The notes: generated from the sequence alone by a model not told the origin. 64,000 bases of DNA from Candidatus Saccharimonadales bacterium (GCA_041910055.1 JAYRRP010000004.1:67804-131803), one strand, 5' to 3'. Positions 40,947 to 51,364 are shown, counted from the first letter of the stretch. Translations and numbers: made by a program.

Positions 40947-42893
40947 TTACTCTTCTTGGTTTGTCAGGCTCGCCAGATCAAGCGCAGTATTAAGGAATTC
41001 TGCATGGCTCCATACTAGTGGCGTCACTGACAAAGGTAAACCATCGCTCGGGTTGACTTGCTCAGAAATAGCACCGCTAGGTAAGGCATGTCGAAGCGTC
41101 CAATTCATATAGTGACGCGCTTTTTTTGATTGGTTTGTACGGATAAAATACTGGGCCAGCCATAGAGTGGCAACAAACCACGGATTACCTTTATAGGCTG
41201 GTTCAGAAGCAAAGTATTTATCATCGTTATAGCGTGGTAAGCCACCAGAAGGAGACTGGTCAAGTAAGGAGTCTTCAATACGAGCGGCGCACTGACGAAG
41301 TTGCTCAGGTTTTGTGTAATAACCAAACATTAATGGCCCGTACAAACTTGAGATGTCCAGAGTAGTATCTGCTGTGCGGCTTCCGTCCGGTTGCAACAAA
41401 AAGCCTTTAATAAAGTAACCCTTTTCGCTATCGAAGAAATTATCGGCTTTGGCTTTTATGACAGAAGCAGCTTCTCGCCAACGCACCCCGTCGTCAGGAT
41501 ACTCAAACTCATCAGCAAATTCAGCTGCCACCAGAAGTGCTTGATAAACTACCGCCGTGGTATAAGTGCTAGTTAAGAACTTTTCTTCCCACAGGTCATA
41601 GCTGGCATGTGGTAATTTGGTTTCCCGATCAGTAAACGTTGTCAGAAAATTAGCGGCTGGTTGCACTAGTGTGGCGTACATATTATGGACATAATCACGG
41701 TCTTTAGAGAAGTGGTAAAACTCGCTGAGCATATAAATTACAATGGCTGTTTCGTCTTCTTGAATAGCTAACTCTTTGCGTTTGCCATGCAAAAGTGGGT
41801 GCCAAGTGCTGCCAATCGAACGGTCTGGTTGATACTTATGCATTAAGTAGCCTTCGGGCGTCAAAATATCTCGGCAAAATTCGAAGAATTTTTTTGGTTC
41901 ATCTGTATAGCCAAGTCTGATGAGCGGCCACATCACATAGGCACCATCACGTGGCCAAACATAGCTATAGTAATCGCGGCCAAAGTTGTATATTGAAGAA
42001 TCGCACGAGGCAATAATGCCGCCCCGTTTGTCGGTGTGCGCTTTTATGAGCATGAGGGACTTCTTGGCCATACCCAGATATTCTTTATCAATCGTATGTA
42101 GGCCATTCGAGCCAGTCGACAGCCAATCATTCCAGTGTTTCCTGGTCTTCATAAGCCGTAGCACCAGCTTTTCATGTTTGATGCGGTCATGAATTTTTTC
42201 AGCCGTATATTGCGAATCAGCCGTGATAATCCAATAGTCAATTGTACTGGACTCATTTGCTGCCAATGGACAAACAAACCTCATGACTGAATCAACTCCG
42301 CCGTGCTCAACGGCGCTTCCGGATAGTTCACCATCTTCTGCATCCCGATAAGTACCTTCTTTGCCTTCAATCCCATAATTGCCAATCGCAAATTGGTCGT
42401 AGACCGTACCGTCCTCGTGCTGGCCATAGATTATCAAGCTGCATCGGCCTTTGTAATCAAGAATGTAATTTGCATCCGGCACAAAAAGGGCAGTATCAGC
42501 TCTACCGGCCCGTGAAATTTGAAACACCTGGTGCATAAATAAACGTATTTCGCGATGGGAAGAGTTGTTATTGTGTAACGTTACCCGGCGGCCAAACATG
42601 TTGTACTCACTATCAACGAAATCCTGAAAATCAAGTTGAACGCCAAGTTCTTCATTACGCATGCATATGTTGCTTACGAGCGCATCCGATTCAAACGTTA
42701 CTACTGTGTCCCAGCCTGGCTCATCAACCCAACTAAACCGACCGTCTAACCAGACACCGATTTTGTGATGGACACTACGCGAAGTCGTTAAATTATCTAG
42801 ACCCACGTATGGGTAATAGAAATCATGGACCAATCCGTGTTCATTCAGGCCCACTGTTAGGCTGCCATTGCCCAACATCACCGGTCGCCCCAT
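40947..42893 (-). CDS. glycoside hydrolase family 15-like enzyme (glucoamylase / glucodextranase / GH15-type trehalase)
   Basis: 648 aa; (alpha/alpha)6-barrel signature 'SYVWPRDGAYV', general size and composition of GH15. Confidence 0.7.
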   Translation of the reverse strand: MGRPVMLGNGSLTVGLNEHGLVHDFYYPYVGLDNLTTSRSVHHKIGVWLDGRFSWVDEPGWDTVVTFESDALVSNICMRNEELGVQLDFQDFVDSEYNMFGRRVTLHNNNSSHREIRLFMHQVFQISRAGRADTALFVPDANYILDYKGRCSLIIYGQHEDGTVYDQFAIGNYGIEGKEGTYRDAEDGELSGSAVEHGGVDSVMRFVCPLAANESSTIDYWIITADSQYTAEKIHDRIKHEKLVLRLMKTRKHWNDWLSTGSNGLHTIDKEYLGMAKKSLMLIKAHTDKRGGIIASCDSSIYNFGRDYYSYVWPRDGAYVMWPLIRLGYTDEPKKFFEFCRDILTPEGYLMHKYQPDRSIGSTWHPLLHGKRKELAIQEDETAIVIYMLSEFYHFSKDRDYVHNMYATLVQPAANFLTTFTDRETKLPHASYDLWEEKFLTSTYTTAVVYQALLVAAEFADEFEYPDDGVRWREAASVIKAKADNFFDSEKGYFIKGFLLQPDGSRTADTTLDISSLYGPLMFGYYTKPEQLRQCAARIEDSLLDQSPSGGLPRYNDDKYFASEPAYKGNPWFVATLWLAQYFIRTNQSKKARHYMNWTLRHALPSGAISEQVNPSDGLPLSVTPLVWSHAEFLNTALDLASLTNQEE

Positions 42894-44167
42894 TATGCCA
42901 CCCCCTCATTTTGGCTTAGTCTTGCTCTTAAATCATGCCACACATTCATGTAAGAAATAAAGCCGTCGTAGGGTGAGGCATAAGGACTGAAGTAGGCATG
43001 GATGTCACCATCATTGAACCATTTCGTACACATATAATAAAAATGGTCAGAAGTTTGCAAGCGGCGCCAGTCACGCATTAGTGATTCATCGGCACTGTCA
43101 AGAATTTGAGGAGCTAACTCATACAGCGCATGGATCGCTTGTTGTTGCATATTATTGCCTAACCAGGCTGAAAGGTCTCGTTCAGTATCAGCCCAGGTAA
43201 TCGTCTGCGGTACATCTACTGTGTCGACTGGTTCAAAGGCGTTGGCGGCCTCGCAAACAGTCATAAAAGTATGGTCCGGATGTTTTAGCCATTGGGCAGG
43301 CATAGCTTCTAGAAAGTCAAAGATACCGGAATCAGACCACTGGTGTTCCCCAAAAGTTTCATAATCCATGAACAAATTGTAATTAGTTGCGTTTTGGTCT
43401 TGACCCAGCCAATTAACAAACTTTTCAGCCGTCAACGGCCACTGTACCCACTTGTGGTCGCCGAACCGAAAAGCAATGTCATCACTCAAACGATAATTCT
43501 TCATAAGTAACCTAATATGCTCGGTGTAGGCTGGTTGATAAACATAGTTAGCGTTACGCCAACCAAGCACCTTATCCCAACCCTCCGCCAGTACTGCTTG
43601 ATATCCTTGTTTATCCGCCCAGTAAGCTAAATCATTATTGTAGGCTAATTCGGTATTTCGAAAGACTTTAGGTGTTTGGCCAAATTCACGAGCAACCATT
43701 TCGTGATGTAAGGCCACCTGGCGCTCAAACTCCGGACGGGAATAGAAAAACGCCAGACTATGATGATAAGTTTCAGCTACAATCTCTACCCGATCGCTGG
43801 CGGCCAGTTCTTTAAAGGAGTGCAGCGCTTCTGGTGCCCAGGCTGCCATTTGTTCAACTGCAGTACCGGTGATAGACAAACTCACCTTAAACTGAGGATG
43901 AGTATCCAGAAGTTTTTTAAGGCGTTGGTTTGTTGGCAGGTATGATTTCGCTGCTACTTTACGCATTAGTGAAGCGTTATTAGTAAGTTTGTCGGCTCCT
44001 TCACTAAAGTAATCATGGCTAACGCCAGTGTCGAACAAGCTATATTCACGAACCCGATATGGTTGATGCACATGTAAATACAATACTATCGCCCGTTTCA
44101 CACCACAGGCTCCAAAGTTGATTGACGATAAATTGAAAAAACGCGGTCGGCAGCCTGTTGCCAACAA
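42893..44167 (-). CDS. glycoside hydrolase family 57 alpha-glucan enzyme (alpha-amylase / 4-alpha-glucanotransferase type)
   Basis: 424 aa; N-terminal 'LYLHVHQPYR' GH57 signature. The called start overlaps the upstream GT4 gene by 70 nt; the true start is probably the GTG near 44101. Confidence 0.7.
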   Translation of the reverse strand: MLATGCRPRFFNLSSINFGACGVKRAIVLYLHVHQPYRVREYSLFDTGVSHDYFSEGADKLTNNASLMRKVAAKSYLPTNQRLKKLLDTHPQFKVSLSITGTAVEQMAAWAPEALHSFKELAASDRVEIVAETYHHSLAFFYSRPEFERQVALHHEMVAREFGQTPKVFRNTELAYNNDLAYWADKQGYQAVLAEGWDKVLGWRNANYVYQPAYTEHIRLLMKNYRLSDDIAFRFGDHKWVQWPLTAEKFVNWLGQDQNATNYNLFMDYETFGEHQWSDSGIFDFLEAMPAQWLKHPDHTFMTVCEAANAFEPVDTVDVPQTITWADTERDLSAWLGNNMQQQAIHALYELAPQILDSADESLMRDWRRLQTSDHFYYMCTKWFNDGDIHAYFSPYASPYDGFISYMNVWHDLRARLSQNEGVA

Positions 44168-45351
44168 TGTCGTTCCAGCTCACGATGAGCATTTTCAGCC
44201 AACTCTTTGCCTAAAGCCTCGTTGCGCATTACCGCTGTAATTTGGTCTGCCATTTTATGGACATCCCAAAAATCAACTCTAAGTGCATGATGCAACACTT
44301 CGGCTACCCCTGACTGTTTACTCAGAAGCACAGGTGTGCCATACCCAACTGATTCAAGTGCCGTTAAGCCAAAAGGTTCAGAAACTGAAGGCAGCACAAA
44401 CAAATCAGCAATAGCAAACGCATCGCGCCAGGCTTTGCCCCGCTGGAAACCAACAAATAAGACATTGCGGCTGATGCCTAATTCGGCAGCTTGTTCTATC
44501 AATTCATGGTACTGTTCACCGGCACCCACAAACAAAAACAACGTTTTGGGTTCATGTTCAATTACAATTGCCGCTGCCTTTAACAAGTTCGATAAGCCTT
44601 TCTGAATGGTAAGGCGCCCTATGTTCGCGATAACTTTGTAATCTTGGCGCTTCATCAGGTCCAAATATACATAGGTGCTTGAAGCATCGTCTGATTCCAG
44701 CTCATCAATGTTTATACTGTTGTGAACTACTTCAATTTTGTCCTCCGGAATCAAGTAGTCCCTAGCAATCATCTGTTTGGTATGGTGGCTGACTGCAATC
44801 ACTTTATCAGCCATAAGAAGTGCCGTTTGCTCAATCTCACGAACAAACGGATTGCCTGGATTACCGCCAGCTCTGTCTCTCTCTACAGAGTGTACATGGG
44901 CAATGAATGGCTTGTTGCTGAGTTCTTGGATACGCAAAGCCGCCCGGAAAGTTAGCCAATCGTGGGCGTGGATGATATCAAAAACACGCTTCTTGGCCAG
45001 CTCTACAGCCGCTCGCTCATAGTTTTCTAAATGCTGATGGGTTGACCCCAAACCTTGGCCAGAGAACTGGCCACTCCCGTACACTTCAAAAACCTGTTGC
45101 GTATGTGACATGTCATTTTCAGAAGACAATACCCGCATAAAGGGAGGTGGTTGGGCGAGTCGGTAGGGTAGAATAAAGTCAATATCCACCCCACTAGAAG
45201 CTAACGATTTACAGAGATGAAAACATGCGACCCCAAGTCCGCCACTGTTATGTGGGGGCAATTCCCACCCTAACATCAGTGCTTTCATGTCTTTTCGTTT
45301 TCCCCTAGTTTGTTTGCTTAAAATTATAGGGGCTATAAGGGTAAAACACAA
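44098..45351 (-). CDS. GT4-family retaining glycosyltransferase (alpha-glucan/glycogen synthase-like or TreT-like)
   Basis: 417 aa; GT-B fold with 'GGLGV' N-terminal motif and 'LFVLPSVSEPFGLTALES' E-X7-E-type C-terminal motif. Confidence 0.7.
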   Translation of the reverse strand: MCFTLIAPIILSKQTRGKRKDMKALMLGWELPPHNSGGLGVACFHLCKSLASSGVDIDFILPYRLAQPPPFMRVLSSENDMSHTQQVFEVYGSGQFSGQGLGSTHQHLENYERAAVELAKKRVFDIIHAHDWLTFRAALRIQELSNKPFIAHVHSVERDRAGGNPGNPFVREIEQTALLMADKVIAVSHHTKQMIARDYLIPEDKIEVVHNSINIDELESDDASSTYVYLDLMKRQDYKVIANIGRLTIQKGLSNLLKAAAIVIEHEPKTLFLFVGAGEQYHELIEQAAELGISRNVLFVGFQRGKAWRDAFAIADLFVLPSVSEPFGLTALESVGYGTPVLLSKQSGVAEVLHHALRVDFWDVHKMADQITAVMRNEALGKELAENAHRELERHCWQQAADRVFSIYRQSTLEPVV

Positions 45352-45430
45352 CCATTTTAAAGGATGCTGAATTGCATTGCCTCCCTAAAACGGAAATTAC
45401 TAACTAGCTTGTCGCCTACTTATGCAAGAA

Positions 45431-46993
45431 CTACCAAGTGGTTTGCCCGTCAATCTGGACTGAAGTATCTAAACTACCCCGGTTGCCACCAATCGCAAGT
45501 GATGAGTAATTACTTAGCTCACACTTTACACCAGTCGCTAGGATATGTTCAGGTGGACGACAGGGGCTTGGCTGAAAAACAACGTCTAGACTACCTAGAC
45601 CTGAGATGCCATTCAGGGAATGCGGATCAGCGTTGTAATGATACGCAACTATGCGATTGGTGGCTTGACGAGCAGAATCTTTATTATTCCAACGTGGAAT
45701 GACAGACAGGAACGATTTGCTATGGCTGCCATAGCTTAAGATGATTGGCATCCCCGTTGTGGGCGTCTCAACGCTGCTATTATATGTTTGACTAAAGGTT
45801 CTATCCTCCCACAACTTAAGATTTTTACTGGTAGTCACGCCCTGAGAATTTTTACTTATGTCGTACCACGAGTCATTATCTCCATACATATCTTTAGTAT
45901 TGGTATTAACAGTCCTTATGCTAGGATGAATTGCTTCGTTTGCTCCCGGCGTATACTGAACATATCGCAAACTTCTCGTGGCAACAGCTTCAGGAGAACA
46001 GGGAGCAAATCTTTGGGGATTTAAGTCTGTTGCATACGGTTTGCCAGTAGTGTAATCAGGATCCATCCTACAAGCTGGATTTGTAATCAAAAGAAGTTGC
46101 CCAGCATCACCCATAAAATTAACCGGTGCGTCAGCAGACAAACGCGTAATAATAAAAAATGTATCTGGTGTAAACTTATACGTTATCGTTAACCATAACT
46201 TTGTCGAAATACCGTTATAGCCGACAAATGGTGTAGCGTCTTTACTTTGACAAGTGGTGAAATCAACGACTCCAGGACAAAGATTCTTTAATTCGGTAGT
46301 ATATGTCGCCTGGGAATAATCGTCACGTACCTCGAATTGATTTGGCTTATCATAAGCTTGATTACGATAACTCCATATTTCAATTGGCTGAGGCGTACTA
46401 TCAGTCGGCTGGTAAAGCCCATAAAAATTTCGGTGAATCTCAACATGCAACCCCTTATACCCTCGAAAGGCAGTCGTACTTAAATAGCCCTGATGAATAG
46501 CAATCATGCTCTTGTTGGCGTTACGCCCGACAATACTGGTTGGCTCAGTTACCCCTTTAAAATTTGCTTGTTCATCAACCGGCCACAGACCGCGCAATAT
46601 GCCAGGAGCTGCTTGCGTGTCTACCCACGCAACAAATTCCTTATTTACAAAGAATCGATCTCCAAAACGTAAGCGCCCTTCCAGGTATGCGTCACTATTA
46701 GCCAGTACGTTTGCAACTGCCTCTTTGCTAGCAAGCGAACAATTTGAAATAGTGTGTGACACATTCGCCGAGGCGGGATTAAGAGGGCTGGCCTTTAATG
46801 AAATAACCTCATCATGGCATTTCGGGGACGAGTCGGCAATGGTGATATGCGGTAAGGATGTGAAATATATACCAGTGCCGATAAAAAGCACTCCGAACAA
46901 CGCACGTCTGGACTGAACACCATGTCGACGAAATTTACCGGCAATCAGAGGAGGTATTTCCGTTACAAACAATATAAATTTAGCTAAATTCAT
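45431..46993 (-). CDS. large secreted/cell-surface hypothetical protein
   Basis: 520 aa; N-terminal basic region followed by a hydrophobic signal/anchor (KFRRHGVQSRRALFGVLFIGTGIYF); Cys-, Asn-, Thr- and Tyr-rich mature region; no recognised domain. Confidence 0.5.
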   Translation of the reverse strand: MNLAKFILFVTEIPPLIAGKFRRHGVQSRRALFGVLFIGTGIYFTSLPHITIADSSPKCHDEVISLKASPLNPASANVSHTISNCSLASKEAVANVLANSDAYLEGRLRFGDRFFVNKEFVAWVDTQAAPGILRGLWPVDEQANFKGVTEPTSIVGRNANKSMIAIHQGYLSTTAFRGYKGLHVEIHRNFYGLYQPTDSTPQPIEIWSYRNQAYDKPNQFEVRDDYSQATYTTELKNLCPGVVDFTTCQSKDATPFVGYNGISTKLWLTITYKFTPDTFFIITRLSADAPVNFMGDAGQLLLITNPACRMDPDYTTGKPYATDLNPQRFAPCSPEAVATRSLRYVQYTPGANEAIHPSIRTVNTNTKDMYGDNDSWYDISKNSQGVTTSKNLKLWEDRTFSQTYNSSVETPTTGMPIILSYGSHSKSFLSVIPRWNNKDSARQATNRIVAYHYNADPHSLNGISGLGSLDVVFQPSPCRPPEHILATGVKCELSNYSSLAIGGNRGSLDTSVQIDGQTTW

Positions 46994-47088
46994 TGTCGTA
47001 GTTTAAGAAAGTAGTTACCTAACTGATATTAATAAAGTACAGTTTTTGTTATTAGTCAATCTTATTCTTTGATATAGTACTGCTTAAA

Positions 47089-47787
47089 TTAGTCCATAGA
47101 AAAAGTGGAACGCACCCCATCTGCCACAAGTCTTTCGTGGTAATGGTGCAAAGCATCAATGGTGAAGTTATCAATACGGTAATTATCAAGCAAGAAACGT
47201 GCAGCCCTTGAGAGGGCGGTAATTGAACTCACCTCAAAACCGTAATCATTTTCTAATACCTGTACACCACCTTCTTCGCGGTCAAACTGCAAAGTAATAG
47301 CTACCGGCTGTAGTCCGACAGCAGCCAACACTTGTGAACCTTCAACCTTTGATTTGCCATCGGTCACGACATCATCAGCCATAAGCACCGTCTCACCAGC
47401 GGTATAATCACCCTCGATTCTTTGATGGTGGCCATACGTTTTGTGTGACTCATCTATACGCTCCCAAAGATATGACATACCCGCTTCATATGCTGCAACA
47501 GCAGCCGTTGCAGTTGCAGCCTGCGCTTTACCAAAAATGTGGTCAACTGGATGCTCAATCTCGAAGAATTTAGCTGCATAACCAGCTACTAAGGCGCGTC
47601 TGAAATCACGTTGCTTCTCCATACTCATCTGACTATCACTATCAAACGAGAGACTGCCACGCATATTATAGTAATAAGGCGACGGGCGACCAGACTTTAG
47701 GGTAATACCACCTTCTGGAAAGCCAAGCAAGCCTCTATCAAACATACCGACTACGATTTGTTCTTCTTGGTGTTCTGGTAATGCCAT
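47089..47787 (-). CDS. pyrE: orotate phosphoribosyltransferase
   Basis: 232 aa; 'LKSGRPSPYYYN' and PRPP-binding 'VLMADDVVTDG' motifs. Confidence 0.8.
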   Translation of the reverse strand: MALPEHQEEQIVVGMFDRGLLGFPEGGITLKSGRPSPYYYNMRGSLSFDSDSQMSMEKQRDFRRALVAGYAAKFFEIEHPVDHIFGKAQAATATAAVAAYEAGMSYLWERIDESHKTYGHHQRIEGDYTAGETVLMADDVVTDGKSKVEGSQVLAAVGLQPVAITLQFDREEGGVQVLENDYGFEVSSITALSRAARFLLDNYRIDNFTIDALHHYHERLVADGVRSTFSMD

Positions 47788-48500
47788 TACGCAGCTCCTT
47801 CAACTTCAGCAACAAGCATTTCATATGCCTGGGCTGGATCTTCAGCCTGGGTTATTTGTCTGCCGATTACTAACAAATCAGCGCCCTCTCTAATAGCAAC
47901 TGCCGGCGTACCAACCCGAGCCTGGTCTGCACGTTCTATAGTCTCGGAGCGAGTACCTGGAATCATTGTAAGCAACTTTCGTGTCCTTAAATCGCGCTTG
48001 ATCATACCGACTTCGAGAGGTGATGAAACTACACCCGATATTCCAGCTGTGGCAGCATCCCGAGCAAGCTCCATTACTTTGCGACGCAATGACACATGAT
48101 ACAAGTTTTCAGCGACAGTTTCTGAAATAGATGTGAGCACTGTCACCCCGAACATCTTAATAGTTTCAGCTTCTTCTTTGGCGGCATACATTGTTTCGAC
48201 ACCCGTGGTCGTGTGCAAAGTAATACCAAAAGGCGGATGATCTAAGTTTTTAATGTTTCTGACTGTACTAACTACTGTGTTAGGTATATCGTCCAACTTT
48301 GCATCAGCTATCCAATCGAGATCGTGTGAAGCCGCCAACTCTGCACAATGACGCCAACTAGTAGCACTGGATAATTCTAGTCCTAGTTTTACATAGCGCG
48401 CCCCGGCCGCGTGCGCAATAGTGGCTAGCCGTTCCGCGTCTTGCTGTCGTGAGGTGTCGATCGCTAAAATAATACGTTCTTGGGCTGGTAATTCGTTCAT
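47787..48500 (-). CDS. pyrF: orotidine 5'-phosphate decarboxylase
   Basis: 237 aa; 'ILAIDT', 'VKLGLEL', 'ADAKLDDIPNTV' catalytic Lys/Asp motif. Confidence 0.85.
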   Translation of the reverse strand: MNELPAQERIILAIDTSRQQDAERLATIAHAAGARYVKLGLELSSATSWRHCAELAASHDLDWIADAKLDDIPNTVVSTVRNIKNLDHPPFGITLHTTTGVETMYAAKEEAETIKMFGVTVLTSISETVAENLYHVSLRRKVMELARDAATAGISGVVSSPLEVGMIKRDLRTRKLLTMIPGTRSETIERADQARVGTPAVAIREGADLLVIGRQITQAEDPAQAYEMLVAEVEGAA

Positions 48501-48570
48501 ATAATACCTCTGCCCACCACTTGCAAATATTTTATCAGAATAAAAGGCAATCTATTTGGTAAATAAGATC

Positions 48571-48647
48571 TGGCAGGGGTGGCAGGAATCGAACCCGCGA
48601 CCTTTGGTTTTGGAGACCAACGCTCTAGCCATCTGAGCTACACCCCT
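48571..48647 (-). tRNA. tRNA-Trp (anticodon CCA), CCA encoded
   Basis: Reverse complement AGGGGTG TA GCTC AGATGGCTA GAGC G TTGGT CTCCAAA ACCAA AGGTC GCGGG TTCGATT CCTGC CACCCCT G CCA. Confidence 0.85.
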
Positions 48648-48782
48648 ATGAACATGAGGTAATTGAATACTATTTATCAATGGCGCCTCAAGAAGTGATA
48701 ATAGCAAAATTATAGCCAGTTTGTCACTTCTTGGGACACCTTTTCAAATACTGTTGTTTCATGTTATACAATAGGGAGCATT

Positions 48783-49454
48783 ATGAGCAAAATTACCCCC
48801 AACAAACCCTTGTTAGTCATGCTGTATGGCTATCCGGGTGCTGGGAAGACACATTTTGCAAGACAGTTATGCAGTAGTTTTCAGGCAGCTCACTTGCACG
48901 GTGATCGGATTCGCCATGAATTGTTCGAAAACCCTCGTTACGATAAACAAGAAAACGATATAGTCACGCATTTGATGGAATATATGGCTGAAGAGTTTTT
49001 GCATGCCGGCGTCAGTGTGGTCTTTGACACAAATGCTATGCGACTAGCCCCACGGCGAGTCTTACGCGATATCGCTAGAAAGACCAATGCGCAGGCTCTT
49101 TTAGTGTGGCTACAGATAGATTTGGAAAGTGCCTTGCTGAGGGTAAACCGGCGTGACCGACGAAAGGCAGACGACAAATATGCCATGCCACTCAACAAAC
49201 AATCGTTCCAAGCCCTCGTAAAAGCAATGCAGAATCCTCACAATGAGGATTATATGGTCATCAGCGGAAAACATACCTTTAATACGCAGCGCAGCGCCGT
49301 TATCAAAAAACTATACGAGCTGGGAGCAATCGAAGCCAATAGTGCCTCTGCGGGAGTTATCAAACCTGGCATGGTTAACCTTATCCCCCAGCAACGCGCC
49401 AACGCACTAGCCGGACGAGTTGATCAGTCACGACGAAACATCGTAATCCGCTAA
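48783..49454 (+). CDS. P-loop kinase (AAA_33 / polynucleotide-kinase-like)
   Basis: 223 aa; Walker A 'GYPGAGKTHFA' at N-terminus, small-kinase architecture. Confidence 0.5.
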   Translation: MSKITPNKPLLVMLYGYPGAGKTHFARQLCSSFQAAHLHGDRIRHELFENPRYDKQENDIVTHLMEYMAEEFLHAGVSVVFDTNAMRLAPRRVLRDIARKTNAQALLVWLQIDLESALLRVNRRDRRKADDKYAMPLNKQSFQALVKAMQNPHNEDYMVISGKHTFNTQRSAVIKKLYELGAIEANSASAGVIKPGMVNLIPQQRANALAGRVDQSRRNIVIR

Positions 49455-49465
49455 TCGCCGCTTAG

Positions 49466-50191
49466 ATGCCAGTTAAACATGTCCTTATCCCCGAAATCGG
49501 CGAGGTAAAATTAGTGAAGCGCCGCGGCTCGCGCAGCCTGCGATTATCAATTGATAGCCACAATAATCTACGGGTAAGCCTCCCTTCTTGGGTAAGTTAT
49601 CGCACCGCCGCAGAATTTGCTGCTAGCCGTAAAGATTGGATTATCGCACACTGGCAAAAACCATCGCTTTTAAAGAATAATGACCGGGTGGGAAAGTCTC
49701 ATCGTCTACACTTTGTCCCTTCGCAAGGTACAGTTCGTGTTTCCAGTCGTATGGTAGGCAACGAAGTGCGAATAAGCTATCCCTCACACCTTACTCCGGC
49801 AGACACCGCAGTCCAGGCAGCTGCCCGTCGAGGCGCAATCAAGGCTCTCACTTTACAGGCAAAAACACTACTGCCAAACCGTTTAACTGAACTCAGCGAT
49901 AGGGCGGGTTTTCGTTTTCATAGCGTCCAAATTAAAAAACTGCACTCCCGTTGGGGCAGTTGCAGTGCAACTCAAGACATCACTCTTAATTTATTTCTTA
50001 TGCACCTACCCTGGGAACTGATAGATTACGTTTTGATGCATGAACTGGTGCATACAGAAATTCTGCACCATCAACCCGCCTTTTGGCGCCGTCTAGAAGC
50101 ATGTCTTCCTCACACACCGGAACTCCGGCGACGAATCCGTAACTATAAGCCATCGTTCTCCAGCAATGCTTATGGCATAATGGACATATGA
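49466..50191 (+). CDS. YgjP-like (DUF45) zinc metallohydrolase
   Basis: 241 aa; 'HSRWGSCS' and 'HELVHTEILHH...AFW' motifs matching the YgjP/DUF45 family. Confidence 0.7.
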   Translation: MPVKHVLIPEIGEVKLVKRRGSRSLRLSIDSHNNLRVSLPSWVSYRTAAEFAASRKDWIIAHWQKPSLLKNNDRVGKSHRLHFVPSQGTVRVSSRMVGNEVRISYPSHLTPADTAVQAAARRGAIKALTLQAKTLLPNRLTELSDRAGFRFHSVQIKKLHSRWGSCSATQDITLNLFLMHLPWELIDYVLMHELVHTEILHHQPAFWRRLEACLPHTPELRRRIRNYKPSFSSNAYGIMDI

Positions 50192-51291
50192 AAAAATCTG
50201 CCGTCCGGCACGCGTCGACCGCTACAGATATCGACCATCAACGACTGGTAAGTTTGATCAATAGTATGGGTGACGCGGTAGTAGCTGTTGATCGCAACTT
50301 GAACATTGTGACTTACAATGGCGCCGCCTTGAACATCCTTGACAGAAACATACTCACCAGCGGCACTCCTTTGCGAGGTGCTCTCAACCTCATAAATAAA
50401 CGCAACCAACGGGTTAATCTGGATCGCCTCATTAAGACGGCTTCCAAAGCAATTTCCAACCGTGACTACCGAATTGTCTACAAAGATAAAAGTACTGCGA
50501 ACGTCTACTTGAGCATTGCCCCTGTGCGGCTAGGTTACGGAAAAGATGCGGACCAGGGTTTTGTGTTGCTTCTAAGGGATATTACCCACGAAAAGTCGTT
50601 AGAAGAAGAACGTAATGAATTTATTAGTGTGGTTAGCCACGAGCTTAGGACACCTCTAGCGATTGCGGAAGGAAATATCAGCAACGCGCAATTTATCGTA
50701 AAGAAGAATCATGGCGGTAAAACAGTAGAAGAAGCCTTGCGACAAACCTATGAGCAAATCCGGTTTTTAGCAGACATGATTAACGATCTATCGACACTTT
50801 CGAGAGCCGAGCGCGGCAAACTGACATTGAACGTTGAACGTATCAATGTCGTAGAACTCTTGCATGATCTCCAACAAAATTATCAGCCAGATGCCAAGCA
50901 GAAAGGATTAGTTTTACATCTAGAAACAGATCCATCCCTGGAATTACTGAATTCAGACCGTTTATATGTGCGCGAAGTACTGCAGAATTTTATTACAAAC
51001 GCGATCAAATACACTGAAAAGGGTAGTATCACTATCTCTGCCAAACCTGGAATGTCAGGAATTACTTTTGCGGTTCGCGACACTGGGCTTGGTATCAGCA
51101 AGGCAGACAGGGAACGAGTATTTGAGAAATTTTTCCGTTCTGAAGACTATCGAATGAAGCAAACGAAGGGCACCGGATTGGGCCTGTATGTCACGATGAA
51201 ATTAGCCCGTTTACTCCGGGCAAGTATAGAATTGGACAGTGAACTCAATAAAGGTTCGGAGTTCCGAATTACTATTCCAGACCTTACTTGA
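50188..51291 (+). CDS. soluble PAS-domain sensor histidine kinase (no adjacent response regulator)
   Basis: 367 aa; PAS-like N-terminus, H-box 'SHELRTPL', N/G1/G2 boxes ('NAIKYT', 'DTGLGI', 'GTGLGL'); ATGA overlap with the upstream gene; no TM segment. Confidence 0.85.
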   Translation: MKKSAVRHASTATDIDHQRLVSLINSMGDAVVAVDRNLNIVTYNGAALNILDRNILTSGTPLRGALNLINKRNQRVNLDRLIKTASKAISNRDYRIVYKDKSTANVYLSIAPVRLGYGKDADQGFVLLLRDITHEKSLEEERNEFISVVSHELRTPLAIAEGNISNAQFIVKKNHGGKTVEEALRQTYEQIRFLADMINDLSTLSRAERGKLTLNVERINVVELLHDLQQNYQPDAKQKGLVLHLETDPSLELLNSDRLYVREVLQNFITNAIKYTEKGSITISAKPGMSGITFAVRDTGLGISKADRERVFEKFFRSEDYRMKQTKGTGLGLYVTMKLARLLRASIELDSELNKGSEFRITIPDLT

Positions 51292-51326
51292 CGACTTAAT
51301 AAATATTCGGTACTATTGACAGATAC

Positions 51327-51352
51327 AGGCCTACGTAATATAGGTCTTTTTG
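51327..51352 (+). terminator. Rho-independent terminator after the histidine kinase gene
   Basis: AGGCCTA-cgtaata-TAGGTCT (one G-U pair) followed by TTTTTGTTT; partly overlaps a TTGACA hexamer upstream of secE. Confidence 0.5.
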
Positions 51353-51364
51353 TTTGGAGAAATA

